DNA from: Salipiger bermudensis
GTDB lineage: Archaea > Thermoplasmatota > Poseidoniia > Poseidoniales > Poseidoniaceae
DNA: 50,607 nt
Reading direction: 5' to 3'
Assembly (NCBI GenBank): GCA_964227855.1
Contig: CAXQWT010000009.1
Span: 1-50,607, forward strand
This document shows, piece by piece, positions 38,235 through 47,302 of this stretch. The notes beneath the pieces were generated by a model, which was given only the letters and a program-made list of their open reading frames with translations, was not told the DNA's origin and ran no database searches. Position 1 is the first letter of the stretch, and each line of letters begins with the position of its first letter. The position numbers were made by a program, and so were the translations under genes.

Positions 38235-39827
38235 ATGCGCATTCCGATTCAAGCCGTCGGGCTCGTGTTTTTGATGATTCTAGCTCCACTTTCTGGATGT
38301 TTTGGTGAGAACGAAACTCAGTCGTTGGATGCTTCTTCGCTTTCAGTTTCTGAAAAAGACTCCTTAGAAGCTGGAATGTGGCAAACGATTACTCTCGAGG
38401 CTAGTGATGATCTTGCTGTATTCATTCCGTACTTTATTCAAGACCCGGGATCGATGCGTGCTCAAAACGGTACAGTATTGGACATGAAATCTGGTGAAAA
38501 GGTGAGCATGAACGTTCTCTTTCCACCACGAAATGAAGAAATTGTGTTTTTCATTGGTGACATTGGGCGGGTCAATTGGCCCATCAGGGAACCTGATCAA
38601 TCGTGGACTTCTTGGTTGAATGATCCGAGCATAGGATCCGCAGTCCAAGCAGTAGACAATCAAGATACAGGAGGGCTATGGCCTTGGCTCATTCCTGGAA
38701 ACGCGACAGGCGGTGACGCCATCCCTGTGGTTATGGAAACAAGCCGCCCGTTCCGAGCAGATTTGAGTGAAGACAATGGTGTTGGTGCAAGCGATGGGTG
38801 GGTCAACGGCAGAGATGTCTACGATTGGGTTGACTTCATCACAGACGATACGCCATGTGCAACATGCGGTCCAGATGGCGCAGTAGGCTATCTTGATCGT
38901 TGGATTGGAAATGCAAACCCCTCTTACGAACATGCCGTGACTTACTTCGAAGGAGTGATGCTCGGTTATGGCTTAGATCGAGTCGAAGTACATCGATTCC
39001 AATCAAATACCGCTTGGTCTGTGAACATTTGTGGATACAAAGACGGTTCTGTTTACCCGAACGAATGGTTGATTTTCGGAGCCCACTTCGACATCGCTCC
39101 TCCTGTTGCATACACCCCCGGCGCTCAAATCGGTGTTCCAGGCTACGGTACCCGACACGGGGCCTACGATAACGCAGCCGGCTCCAGTATGGTTCTCACT
39201 ACCGCAAGCGTTCTCGCAGATTTCGATGCTCGTAGGACGATGGTTTTCTGTTTGTGGTCTTCTGAGGAAGAAGGCCTCTGGGGATCCCGCTCTTTTGCGA
39301 ACGATTTGCCGGATGGAATAACGGTGAGTAACTACCTCAATCTCGACATGGCTGGAGTAAATTATCCTGGAGATTATGCGCTTTCTGTTTACCTTGGTCC
39401 AGATGGCACTCAAGAAGCAATTGACCAAGCAGGAATGTTTCACTTAGCAGAGTGGATTGGGGGAGATGCACTTGATCTAGGCTATGAAATGGAGCGTGGA
39501 AGAGAAGCTTGGCTTGAAGGTGGAGAAAGCCCACTGTGGGGGGACATCTACGAAGACACCGTCGCAATTTACGAATCACCAACCGCCCGGAGCGATCACG
39601 ATTCGTTCCAAAACATCGGTGTTGCAACGCTCGGTTGGAATGGATTGGTCGACGGCTATCCTTGCTACCATCGTGAATGCGACACTATGGAGACAATGAT
39701 TGATTACATGGGGACGGACAATTCAACAGGAATCAACAACCTTGTTCACTCATGGGATATCGTCACCTGGTGGGCTGTGTACGCGTTTCTCCATATGGAT
39801 CAAACACCGGTTCCAAACGAATTGTGA
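38235..39827 (+). CDS. M28-family zinc peptidase lipoprotein, paralog of 4460..6238
   Basis: Lipobox LSGC; GAHFDIAPP, GAYDNAAG, WSSEEEG, NLDMAG, RSDH, CYH. Confidence 0.9.
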   Translation: MRIPIQAVGLVFLMILAPLSGCFGENETQSLDASSLSVSEKDSLEAGMWQTITLEASDDLAVFIPYFIQDPGSMRAQNGTVLDMKSGEKVSMNVLFPPRNEEIVFFIGDIGRVNWPIREPDQSWTSWLNDPSIGSAVQAVDNQDTGGLWPWLIPGNATGGDAIPVVMETSRPFRADLSEDNGVGASDGWVNGRDVYDWVDFITDDTPCATCGPDGAVGYLDRWIGNANPSYEHAVTYFEGVMLGYGLDRVEVHRFQSNTAWSVNICGYKDGSVYPNEWLIFGAHFDIAPPVAYTPGAQIGVPGYGTRHGAYDNAAGSSMVLTTASVLADFDARRTMVFCLWSSEEEGLWGSRSFANDLPDGITVSNYLNLDMAGVNYPGDYALSVYLGPDGTQEAIDQAGMFHLAEWIGGDALDLGYEMERGREAWLEGGESPLWGDIYEDTVAIYESPTARSDHDSFQNIGVATLGWNGLVDGYPCYHRECDTMETMIDYMGTDNSTGINNLVHSWDIVTWWAVYAFLHMDQTPVPNEL

Positions 39828-39872
39828 AAATGTAGGGAGAAGACATATATTCTCTGTGCATTACTTTCCAAT

Positions 39873-40487
39873 ATGGTCTTGATTGAGTGTCCACATTGCG
39901 AAGAGCATATCGAATTGGACGATGATGCGGCCGGATTATTCGCATGCCCACATTGCGATGGAGAATTCGAATGGGGTGAAAAAGAATCAGGCAGCGACGC
40001 AATAAGGGAGTATGCTTCAACAGACCATGATCACTTCCTATCACGCCCAGCAACGCGAATTACAGTGGGGGCAATCGTGGCAACCGTCTTTGGTATCCTT
40101 GGAATCATTACGGGAATAGGGCCGATCTTATGGGGGGCAATTTTCTCTGATTTGGGAGCCGGCGGTTTGGGGGCCTTCCTTATTCTGACTGGGCTGTTCT
40201 TCTTCGCAGTTGGAGGCTTCGGAATTTTTGTTGGTGTCATGACCGCAAAAGGTAAGATTTGGGCTTTAGTCACCGGCTTTATACTGTCAGTTCTTTTGAT
40301 AATCATTCAACTTCTTGGATGGCTTGTTTCCGAAGACACTTGTGCTGAGATAGATTTCTGGACGGGCGAATGTGTCGAAACATATTCTGAACCATTCCCC
40401 GTTTTCGGCTTCTTAATCTTCATCACGCTCGCTGGATGCATTGGAACGCTGCTTTTCCACCCAGCAGGGCGATATCAGTTCGATTGA
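39873..40487 (+). CDS. Zn-ribbon (CPHC x2) plus four-TM membrane protein
   Basis: IECPHC...FACPHCDGEF then hydrophobic helices. Confidence 0.8.
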   Translation: MVLIECPHCEEHIELDDDAAGLFACPHCDGEFEWGEKESGSDAIREYASTDHDHFLSRPATRITVGAIVATVFGILGIITGIGPILWGAIFSDLGAGGLGAFLILTGLFFFAVGGFGIFVGVMTAKGKIWALVTGFILSVLLIIIQLLGWLVSEDTCAEIDFWTGECVETYSEPFPVFGFLIFITLAGCIGTLLFHPAGRYQFD

Positions 40488-40488
40488 A

Positions 40489-40911
40489 TCAATACTGTTC
40501 GAGTACAAGTTCAGTGGTTGTTGAAGCGATTTCGTTGTCTGCTGCCATCCACATTTTATCGAGAAGTGTACGTAGTGCAACGGTATCATCGACGTGAACG
40601 AGAGCAACAAGATCGGCTTCACCCGATACTTCGTAGATAATTTCAACACCTTCCCAACCGGTTACTTCGGATGCAAAAGATCCGATTTCAACACCTGGTG
40701 AGACCTTGATTCGAATAAGAGCCGTAAGACCGATTCCACTTTCTCGAACAGTGTAGCCACGGATTGTACCGTTCTCTTCCATGGTTCGGATATGGGTGCG
40801 AACAGTTCTTTCGCTGGCGCCGACTTCCTTTGCAAGGTCGACAAAGGACATTCGTCCGTTCTTTCGAAGTTGGGCAAGGATTGCACGATCAATTTCTGCG
40901 ATTCGGGGCAT
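40489..40911 (-). CDS. Lrp/AsnC family transcriptional regulator
   Basis: IDRAILAQLRKNGRMSFVDLAKEVGASERTV, GTIRGYT, YEVSGEADL. Confidence 0.93.
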   Translation of the reverse strand: MPRIAEIDRAILAQLRKNGRMSFVDLAKEVGASERTVRTHIRTMEENGTIRGYTVRESGIGLTALIRIKVSPGVEIGSFASEVTGWEGVEIIYEVSGEADLVALVHVDDTVALRTLLDKMWMAADNEIASTTTELVLEQY

Positions 40912-40944
40912 ACACATCGCTCCACATATCGGTATATCAAACCT

Positions 40945-40975
40945 TTTACATCCGTATTCTGTAAAGAATTTTACA
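40945..40975. promoter_or_regulatory. AT-rich inverted-repeat cluster (TTTACA/TGTAAA) between the divergent Lrp and eno genes; putative operator
   Basis: TTTACA 40945-50, TGTAAA 40960-65, TTTACA 40970-75. Confidence 0.45.
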
Positions 40976-41093
40976 TTATACGTCTTTTTTCGGAAATTTA
41001 AGAGCAAAGAAATTATTTTTCCGGAGTGGCAAGTTTAACAGAAATCGGCCCGCTGAATTCAAAGAGCGCCTTTACTTGGGATGGATGAGAGAC

Positions 41094-42344
41094 ATGTCAG
41101 ATTACATTTCAGGTCTTGAAGCTCGTATGGTTTTGGACAGTCGTGGCAATCCAACTATCGAGGTCGATTGCTATGTTGATGGTCGACTAGCAGGCAGAGC
41201 GATGGTGCCTTCTGGGGCATCAACAGGTCAACACGAAGCACTTGAAATGCGAGACGGTAATCAGAGCAAATGGCTTGGCAAGGGTGTTGATACGGCCGTT
41301 GATAATGTTCGGCAATCAATTTCGGAAGTTCTTGTAGGCATGCCTGTGGATGAACAACGACTGATCGATGAAGCAATGATCGAACTCGATGGAACATCCA
41401 ACAAATCCAATCTCGGTGCAAACGCAATGCTTGGAGCATCACTGGCTTGTCTCCACGCAGGGGCAGCGTCTCACGAACTACCTCTTTGGAAGTACATAGG
41501 TGGCGTCGCTGGCGGGCAAATGCCTGTACCAATGCTCAATATTCTCAATGGTGGGGCGCATGCTGCTTCCAATGTTGATGTTCAAGAATTCATGGTTATG
41601 CCGCACGGCTTCGACTCGTTCAAAGAAGGGCTACGCGCAGGAGTTGAAATCTACCACCAACTCAAGCGTGAACTGAAGAACGATGGCCTTCTTGGAGGTG
41701 TAGGCGATGAAGGAGGTTTTGCACCCAATCTTGGAGCGAACGAAGATGGCCTGAAGTACATGGTTCGTGCCATTGAAGGGGCAGGCTACTCGACAGATGA
41801 TATCGGAATCGCTCTGGATGTTGCAGCCACTGAATTTGAGAAATCCGACGGCTATCACATGGATGGCAAGGTTCTCTCTTCGGAACAAATGATCGATGTG
41901 TACGGTGAGTGGTTGGATGCGTACCCTATTTTGTCCATTGAGGATGGTTTGGGTGAAAACGACTGGACTGGCTGGACGGCGTTGACGAAGCAAGAAGGAC
42001 ACAGAGTTCAGATTGTTGGAGATGATCTTTTCGTTACTCAATCCGAACGATTGGCTCAAGGAATTGATATCGGAGCAGCCAATGCATTGCTGGTGAAGGT
42101 CAACCAGGTTGGAACTGTGACTGAAACACTCGAAGCGATGGATCTAGCGACGTCAAACGGTTACCGCAATGTCGTCTCCCATCGAAGTGGTGAAACTGAA
42201 GACACAACAATCGCAGATCTCGCCGTTGGAACACGGGCAGGACAAATCAAAACTGGGGCGCCTGCACGTTCCGATAGAGTGTCGAAATACAATCAATTAC
42301 TCCGGATTTCGGAAGATGTGGAAGATTATCGTTCCCCTTTCTAA
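41094..42344 (+). CDS. eno: Enolase
   Basis: [45 protein letters not shown]. Confidence 0.98.
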   Translation: MSDYISGLEARMVLDSRGNPTIEVDCYVDGRLAGRAMVPSGASTGQHEALEMRDGNQSKWLGKGVDTAVDNVRQSISEVLVGMPVDEQRLIDEAMIELDGTSNKSNLGANAMLGASLACLHAGAASHELPLWKYIGGVAGGQMPVPMLNILNGGAHAASNVDVQEFMVMPHGFDSFKEGLRAGVEIYHQLKRELKNDGLLGGVGDEGGFAPNLGANEDGLKYMVRAIEGAGYSTDDIGIALDVAATEFEKSDGYHMDGKVLSSEQMIDVYGEWLDAYPILSIEDGLGENDWTGWTALTKQEGHRVQIVGDDLFVTQSERLAQGIDIGAANALLVKVNQVGTVTETLEAMDLATSNGYRNVVSHRSGETEDTTIADLAVGTRAGQIKTGAPARSDRVSKYNQLLRISEDVEDYRSPF

Positions 42345-42367
42345 CATTTATGAATCCATACACTGGG

Positions 42368-42373
42368 TTATAA
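42368..42373 (+). promoter_or_regulatory. Putative TATA box (near-leaderless promoter) of the fasciclin-cupredoxin gene
   Basis: TTATAA 23-28 nt upstream of ATG 42396. Confidence 0.45.
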
Positions 42374-42395
42374 GGGAGGTTTCACGCCTGAAACC

Positions 42396-43925
42396 ATGCG
42401 CAAATCAATCGTGTATACCTTCGTAGCCTGCCTTCTAATCGCCGCAATGCCGTACTCAGTCACTGCTGACGCATCAGAAGATATCCCAACTAATGCCGCT
42501 GCAACTGGAGTCCATGACTCACTCGTCGCTGCGCTTACGCATGCAAATCTCGTGGCAACTCTTCAGGGTGATGGACCTTTCACGGTCTTCGCACCAACCG
42601 ATCAAGCCTTCATCGATGCCGGTATCGACCTCTCAACATTTGATACTCCAGAAGAAAATGAGACGTTAGCAGACATTCTGCTTTATCACGTCCTTTCTGG
42701 TGACGTCGACGCCTCTCAAGTTACTGACGGACTTTCAGTCGTTATGGCGAACGGCGACAAAGCCTCGTTCACTGTCACCAACGACAGTGTGATGATCGGT
42801 GACGCAACCGTCACAACAGCAGACGTGGAAGCCAGCAACGGTATTATCCATGTTATTGACAAAGTCCTCATGCCACCGCCTGGTGACATTTGCTACAACG
42901 TCATCTCTCACACAATCATCCCAGGAGCAACAAACCTGATTTGCAACTCTCACATGTTTGTAGAAAACTACACCATGGGTGGCCAAACCATCACAGGGTG
43001 CTACAACACAGTGACACATCAAGTTAGCAACATCAGCGCTGCAGAATGTGGTGCCTACATGTGGACTCCAGCGGTTAACATCGTTATGACCGCTCAGGCA
43101 ACAACCATCCACACAGCACTCGTTGCTGCTCTCGGTGTAGCAGACCTTGTCACAACCCTAACTGGTGATACAGATTACACAGTCTTCGCTCCTAGTGACG
43201 ATGCATTCGCAGCAGCTGGTATCGATCTAGACACCTTCGATACCGACGAAGAGATTGCAGTACTTGCTGACATCCTCCTCTATCACGTAGTTGCAGGTAC
43301 CACGCTTTCCACAGATTTGGCTGCTGGTGCAAACACGGTAACTGCAGCTAACGGTGATGAGTTGACGATCACAGTCTCCGATACCGGCGTTGCCGTTGGT
43401 GCAGATGGCGCAACAGTCACGCTCGCAGACGTTCCAGCGTCCAACGGTGTCATTCACGTCATTGACAAGGTCCTCACGCCTCCAGCAGACGATCCATTCG
43501 CAGGAATTGATTGTGCAGCAACCATTGGTCTCACTTCTGATGGATACGGATTCACGCCATCATCCGTGAGCATCGACGTTGGACAAACCGTTTGCTGGTC
43601 GTGGACTGATTCCGCAATGGCACACAACGTCAAGGAAGTTGACGGATTCCAGTCAAGCACATACGTTGATGGTGGAGTAACATCCGGCGCACCTGCAACC
43701 ACAGTAGCATTCCACCACACATTCACTGAGAACCAGACGTTCTACTATGCATGTGAACCTCACATCTCAATGAAGATGCACGGTGAAATCATTGTTGGTG
43801 ACGGAGGAGTAGAGCCCACCTCAGATACAAAAGAATCTGAAGACGCTCCAGGATTCATTGCATCGACAATGGTCGTAGCAATCCTCGGCGCGGTCCTCTT
43901 TATGGGCCGCCGCCGAAGCCTCTGA
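42396..43925 (+). CDS. Cell-surface protein: two fasciclin (FAS1) domains, type-1 copper cupredoxin, PGF-CTERM-like anchor
   Basis: Signal peptide; FTVFAPTD/YTVFAPSD and ASNGIIHVIDKVL twice; AHNV...YACEPHISMKM; APGF-TM-RRR tail. Confidence 0.9.
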   Translation: MRKSIVYTFVACLLIAAMPYSVTADASEDIPTNAAATGVHDSLVAALTHANLVATLQGDGPFTVFAPTDQAFIDAGIDLSTFDTPEENETLADILLYHVLSGDVDASQVTDGLSVVMANGDKASFTVTNDSVMIGDATVTTADVEASNGIIHVIDKVLMPPPGDICYNVISHTIIPGATNLICNSHMFVENYTMGGQTITGCYNTVTHQVSNISAAECGAYMWTPAVNIVMTAQATTIHTALVAALGVADLVTTLTGDTDYTVFAPSDDAFAAAGIDLDTFDTDEEIAVLADILLYHVVAGTTLSTDLAAGANTVTAANGDELTITVSDTGVAVGADGATVTLADVPASNGVIHVIDKVLTPPADDPFAGIDCAATIGLTSDGYGFTPSSVSIDVGQTVCWSWTDSAMAHNVKEVDGFQSSTYVDGGVTSGAPATTVAFHHTFTENQTFYYACEPHISMKMHGEIIVGDGGVEPTSDTKESEDAPGFIASTMVVAILGAVLFMGRRRSL

Positions 43926-43937
43926 TGACGTGATACG

Positions 43938-44846
43938 TTGAACTACAAGCGTCTGATGGTGGCCACCGCCTTGGTGGCCACCATCGTTCTTGCTGCCTGG
44001 ACGTACCTCGTGGTGTCCTATGATTCACCGCTCGGTACCGACAATGTTGTGGTTGTCGAACGAAGTTCTACCTCAAACGGTTCGAACGATGTTCTAGCGA
44101 CTCTCTCCTTCCAAGATGGAGCGGAAGATCTCGACTGGGCATCGATGCTGATCGAGATTGAAGTTAATGAGCAATCGTATACCTGTTCTTTTGGAAGTCA
44201 ATCGATTGATGCTGATGGGAGCGAGAAAGCGAACTCACGGTTGTCATCTGATGGTGTAACGTTCTCCACCACCATCGATGCAACCTCAGAGGAAACCTTC
44301 ACGTATTTTTCAGTACCAATACAACGAGAGGCCAATGAATCGATGTACACCGTTCGAGCATCGAAGACCGATGTGTTCCTTAGTGAAGGGACAAAATGGA
44401 TGTTTTTGCCAGACACTGCCTTCCAAGACGTAACCTCAGTCAATGAATCCGAGATGTCAAATTCAACGACCGATCGTCTAGAATGGTACACATACGACCT
44501 TGCCGCACACCGAATTACCCCAAATCAAGGGACCTACGTTCTTCTACAAGGAGATCTTCTCTACAAGATGCAATTCCTGAGTTACTACAACGAAAATGAT
44601 GAGAGCAGATACATTTCAATGCTCACATCCGCACTCATCCCTGAAGAACACCCAGCTTTGCAGGACCCAACTTTGGTCATACCATCGCCCTGTTTGATTG
44701 AAACATCAGGGGATTCGGTTCAATGGAACGCATCAGAATCGATTACCCTACGTGAACAAGATGCGAACATCTGCGGGGAAAACTGCGCAATGGGCATTAC
44801 AATCACATACGAAATGATTGCGGTGAAAACTGAAAATACCGAATGA
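43938..44846 (+). CDS. Membrane-anchored archaeal pilin-like protein with an inserted HmuY-like domain
   Basis: N-terminal TM; LDWASMLIEI...C and C...WNASESITLRE...C flanks; central TIDATSEETFTYFS ... EWYTYDLAAHRITP..GTYVL...YKMQFLSYY; TTG start. Confidence 0.65.
   Translation: MNYKRLMVATALVATIVLAAWTYLVVSYDSPLGTDNVVVVERSSTSNGSNDVLATLSFQDGAEDLDWASMLIEIEVNEQSYTCSFGSQSIDADGSEKANSRLSSDGVTFSTTIDATSEETFTYFSVPIQREANESMYTVRASKTDVFLSEGTKWMFLPDTAFQDVTSVNESEMSNSTTDRLEWYTYDLAAHRITPNQGTYVLLQGDLLYKMQFLSYYNENDESRYISMLTSALIPEEHPALQDPTLVIPSPCLIETSGDSVQWNASESITLREQDANICGENCAMGITITYEMIAVKTENTE
43955..43985. repeat. Perfect 13-bp inverted repeat with self-palindromic arms
   Basis: GATGGTGGCCACC-GCCTT-GGTGGCCACCATC. 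Confidence 0.85.
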
Positions 44847-44869
44847 GTTGAGCAACCTCTGGAGATAGT

Positions 44870-45907
44870 ATGCTGCGCCACCTACCACCCATTGCGTGTG
44901 TGTTGGTACTTCTCCTCATCGCACGTCAGATTTACCCGTATTCTTCCTTCAATTCACCATCGGTGGATGATGGGTTTGAGATTGAGGTCGTTGCCACAAA
45001 TCTCGGGGGTCCAACATGTTTGGAGTGGTTTGATGAATCAACGCTTGTCGTTTGTGATCGAGACGGTGGACAAATTTACACTCTGGATATGAACATGAGC
45101 AAAACCGTTCTCGTAAGCGGCTTAGACCGACCTCACGACGTTGCAATTACCGATTTGGATCTGTTTGTGAGTGAGGCAGGAGAACTTAGCAGGTACACTC
45201 ACGACGGACAATTAGGCCAAATTGGCAATAAGACCGTTCTTGTTTCGAACGTTCCCACTGGAAACCACCAAACAAACGCCGTCAACATCCTGCCCAATGG
45301 CACACTTGTCTGGCATAGCGGCTCGACTTGCAACATCTGCGTTGAAGACGATAAACGCAACGGAGCTCTGCTTTGGGTCAACGGATCAACGGGAGAACAT
45401 GGTATTCTCGCAAGTGGTGTTCGGAACTCATTTGACGGCGTCTGGGTTCCCAACGTTGGATATGTCTTCACCGACAATGGACGCGATTGGGAAGGAGATC
45501 ACCCAGATGAAGAACTCAATCTCTTATCGGAAGGGGGCGATTACGGGTGGCCAGATGATGATCCTTCAAACCCAGTTCCAGCGGGAAGTATTGCTCCAAT
45601 AGCATCATGGACACCACATACTTCAATGAACGGAGTGGCACTTCGACCATCAAATTCAGATTTACCTGGTGGAAATTCTACAATCTACGCTACAGTATAT
45701 GGTTCTTGGAACACGATTCTTCCTCAAGGCCATGAAATTGTTCGAATCGACTTGAATTCAACAGGTGAAACAGTGGTTGGAACAACTTCTGTCTTTGCTG
45801 AAGATGTGGGAACGCCCCTTCCAATTACATTCCACCCAAATGGCGATCTCTACTTTGCAGTGTTTGGCTCAAACGGAAAGCTGTACAAGATTAGCGCAAC
45901 AACATGA
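44870..45907 (+). CDS. PQQ-dependent sugar (glucose/sorbosone) dehydrogenase family, membrane-anchored beta-propeller
   Basis: GNHQT, GSTCNICVE, ASGVRNS, TDNGRD, DEELN, GGDYGWP, PNGDLYF. Confidence 0.85.
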   Translation: MLRHLPPIACVLVLLLIARQIYPYSSFNSPSVDDGFEIEVVATNLGGPTCLEWFDESTLVVCDRDGGQIYTLDMNMSKTVLVSGLDRPHDVAITDLDLFVSEAGELSRYTHDGQLGQIGNKTVLVSNVPTGNHQTNAVNILPNGTLVWHSGSTCNICVEDDKRNGALLWVNGSTGEHGILASGVRNSFDGVWVPNVGYVFTDNGRDWEGDHPDEELNLLSEGGDYGWPDDDPSNPVPAGSIAPIASWTPHTSMNGVALRPSNSDLPGGNSTIYATVYGSWNTILPQGHEIVRIDLNSTGETVVGTTSVFAEDVGTPLPITFHPNGDLYFAVFGSNGKLYKISATT

Positions 45908-45929
45908 AACGCATACTAAAGTATGCACA

Positions 45930-47069
45930 TCACATAATCGCCGAAAGCCATTGCTCCAATCGATTAATTCCTTCATGTATATTCTCAAGAGAAGTGGCGT
46001 AAGAAAGGCGAACTAGACCTTCTCCTCCTTGCATGAGTGAACCTGGGATTAGCTGAACACGTGCTTCTGCTAGAGCGCGATCTGCGAATTCAATATCGGT
46101 CATTCCCGTTTCTGTGATGTCAGCGAGAATGTAAAACGCCCCTTCAGGTTCTGGGGCATTGACTCCCGGTAAACTGTTGAGGCCGGCGTGCATAACCATT
46201 CGACGATTAGCAAATGAATCAGCCATCTCTTGAGTTTCTTCTTCCAATCCAAGTGCTACTTCACCAGCAGGCATGAGGAACGTAGGAATGTGTGTGGCGG
46301 CCGAAGTTTGACAAGTCTTGACAGCTTCCATAAACTCGGATGGCCCAGTAATCCAACCCATACGCCATCCTGTCATTGCCCATCCCTTTGACCATCCTCC
46401 AATGGTAATGGTTCGGCCTTTCCCTCCTGCGTGGTTGATTGGTGAAGTGTAAGCGTGATCTGCCCAGACAAGCGTTGAGTAGATCATGTCATCAACGATC
46501 CACAAGTCATGCTTTTCTGCGAACGAAGCAATCTTTTCAATTTCCTCAGGTGTGTAAACTGCCCCAGTAGGATTGTTCGGAGAATTCAACATGATTGCTT
46601 TTGTGCGTTCAGTTACGCTTGCTTCAAGCGCTTCGAAATCAGGGTGATAGGATGGTCGGGATACCGGCACGTGAACGGGGACTCCATCAAAAATACGAAT
46701 CATTCCGTCGTAAGAGGGCCATGCAGGAGCCAAGAGAAGCACTTCATCTCCCGGAGTAATGGTTGCCATCAAAGCATAGAGTAGAGCCTGCTTACAACCC
46801 GGTGTAACAACAACATCCTCGGGGTTTGAATCGATGTTCAATGTCTTCAAGTGTTTTGAAACGGCATCACAAAGTGAAATACTACCTTGAGATCGTGTAT
46901 AAGCAGTTTCACCACGTTGTAACGCATCAATTGCAGATTGAACAACAGTTTCAGGAGTATCAAAATCCGGTTGGCCAACAGTGAATCGAATTACATCAGG
47001 AGATGGCGGTGCAAGATAAGCAGCAAAACCACGACCGATGTGTGAAAAAGCGGGACTAATTTCTGGCAT
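45930..47069 (-). CDS. Class I/II PLP aminotransferase (aspartate aminotransferase-like)
   Basis: GQPDFDTP, GCKQAL, NSPNNPTG, DDMIY, SKGWAMTGWRMG, PEGAFY. Confidence 0.95.
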   Translation of the reverse strand: MPEISPAFSHIGRGFAAYLAPPSPDVIRFTVGQPDFDTPETVVQSAIDALQRGETAYTRSQGSISLCDAVSKHLKTLNIDSNPEDVVVTPGCKQALLYALMATITPGDEVLLLAPAWPSYDGMIRIFDGVPVHVPVSRPSYHPDFEALEASVTERTKAIMLNSPNNPTGAVYTPEEIEKIASFAEKHDLWIVDDMIYSTLVWADHAYTSPINHAGGKGRTITIGGWSKGWAMTGWRMGWITGPSEFMEAVKTCQTSAATHIPTFLMPAGEVALGLEEETQEMADSFANRRMVMHAGLNSLPGVNAPEPEGAFYILADITETGMTDIEFADRALAEARVQLIPGSLMQGGEGLVRLSYATSLENIHEGINRLEQWLSAIM

Positions 47070-47148
47070 TGTTCCACCGGTCTGTATCCTTGCGAATCCA
47101 CAATTCCTCTTCAAGACTTTCCAACAGTTTGAGCTTTGGTTTCATTTT

Positions 47149-47224
47149 TGGAGCACGGACTGGGATTTGAACCCAGGTAAGAGGATTTGCAATCCCCGGC
47201 ATGGCCAAGCTTTGCTATCCGTGC
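47149..47224 (-). tRNA. tRNA-Cys(GCA), CCA encoded
   Basis: GCACGGATAGCAAAGCTTGGCCATGCCGGGGATTGCAAATCCTCTTACCTGGGTTCAAATCCCAGTCCGTGCTCCA; GCA anticodon, U discriminator. Confidence 0.93.
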
Positions 47225-47302
47225 GGTATTCGTACGACCAACATGTTGTATTTCAACGCGTCTCATAATCAGCCTTATGATAAACAGGGTGCACCGTTAG
47301 AC

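Noticed and set aside
37191-47224. tRNA-Leu and tRNA-Cys as integration sites bounding an island
   Set aside because: No integrase, no duplicated tRNA 3' ends seen, and core genes (eno, aminotransferase) lie between them
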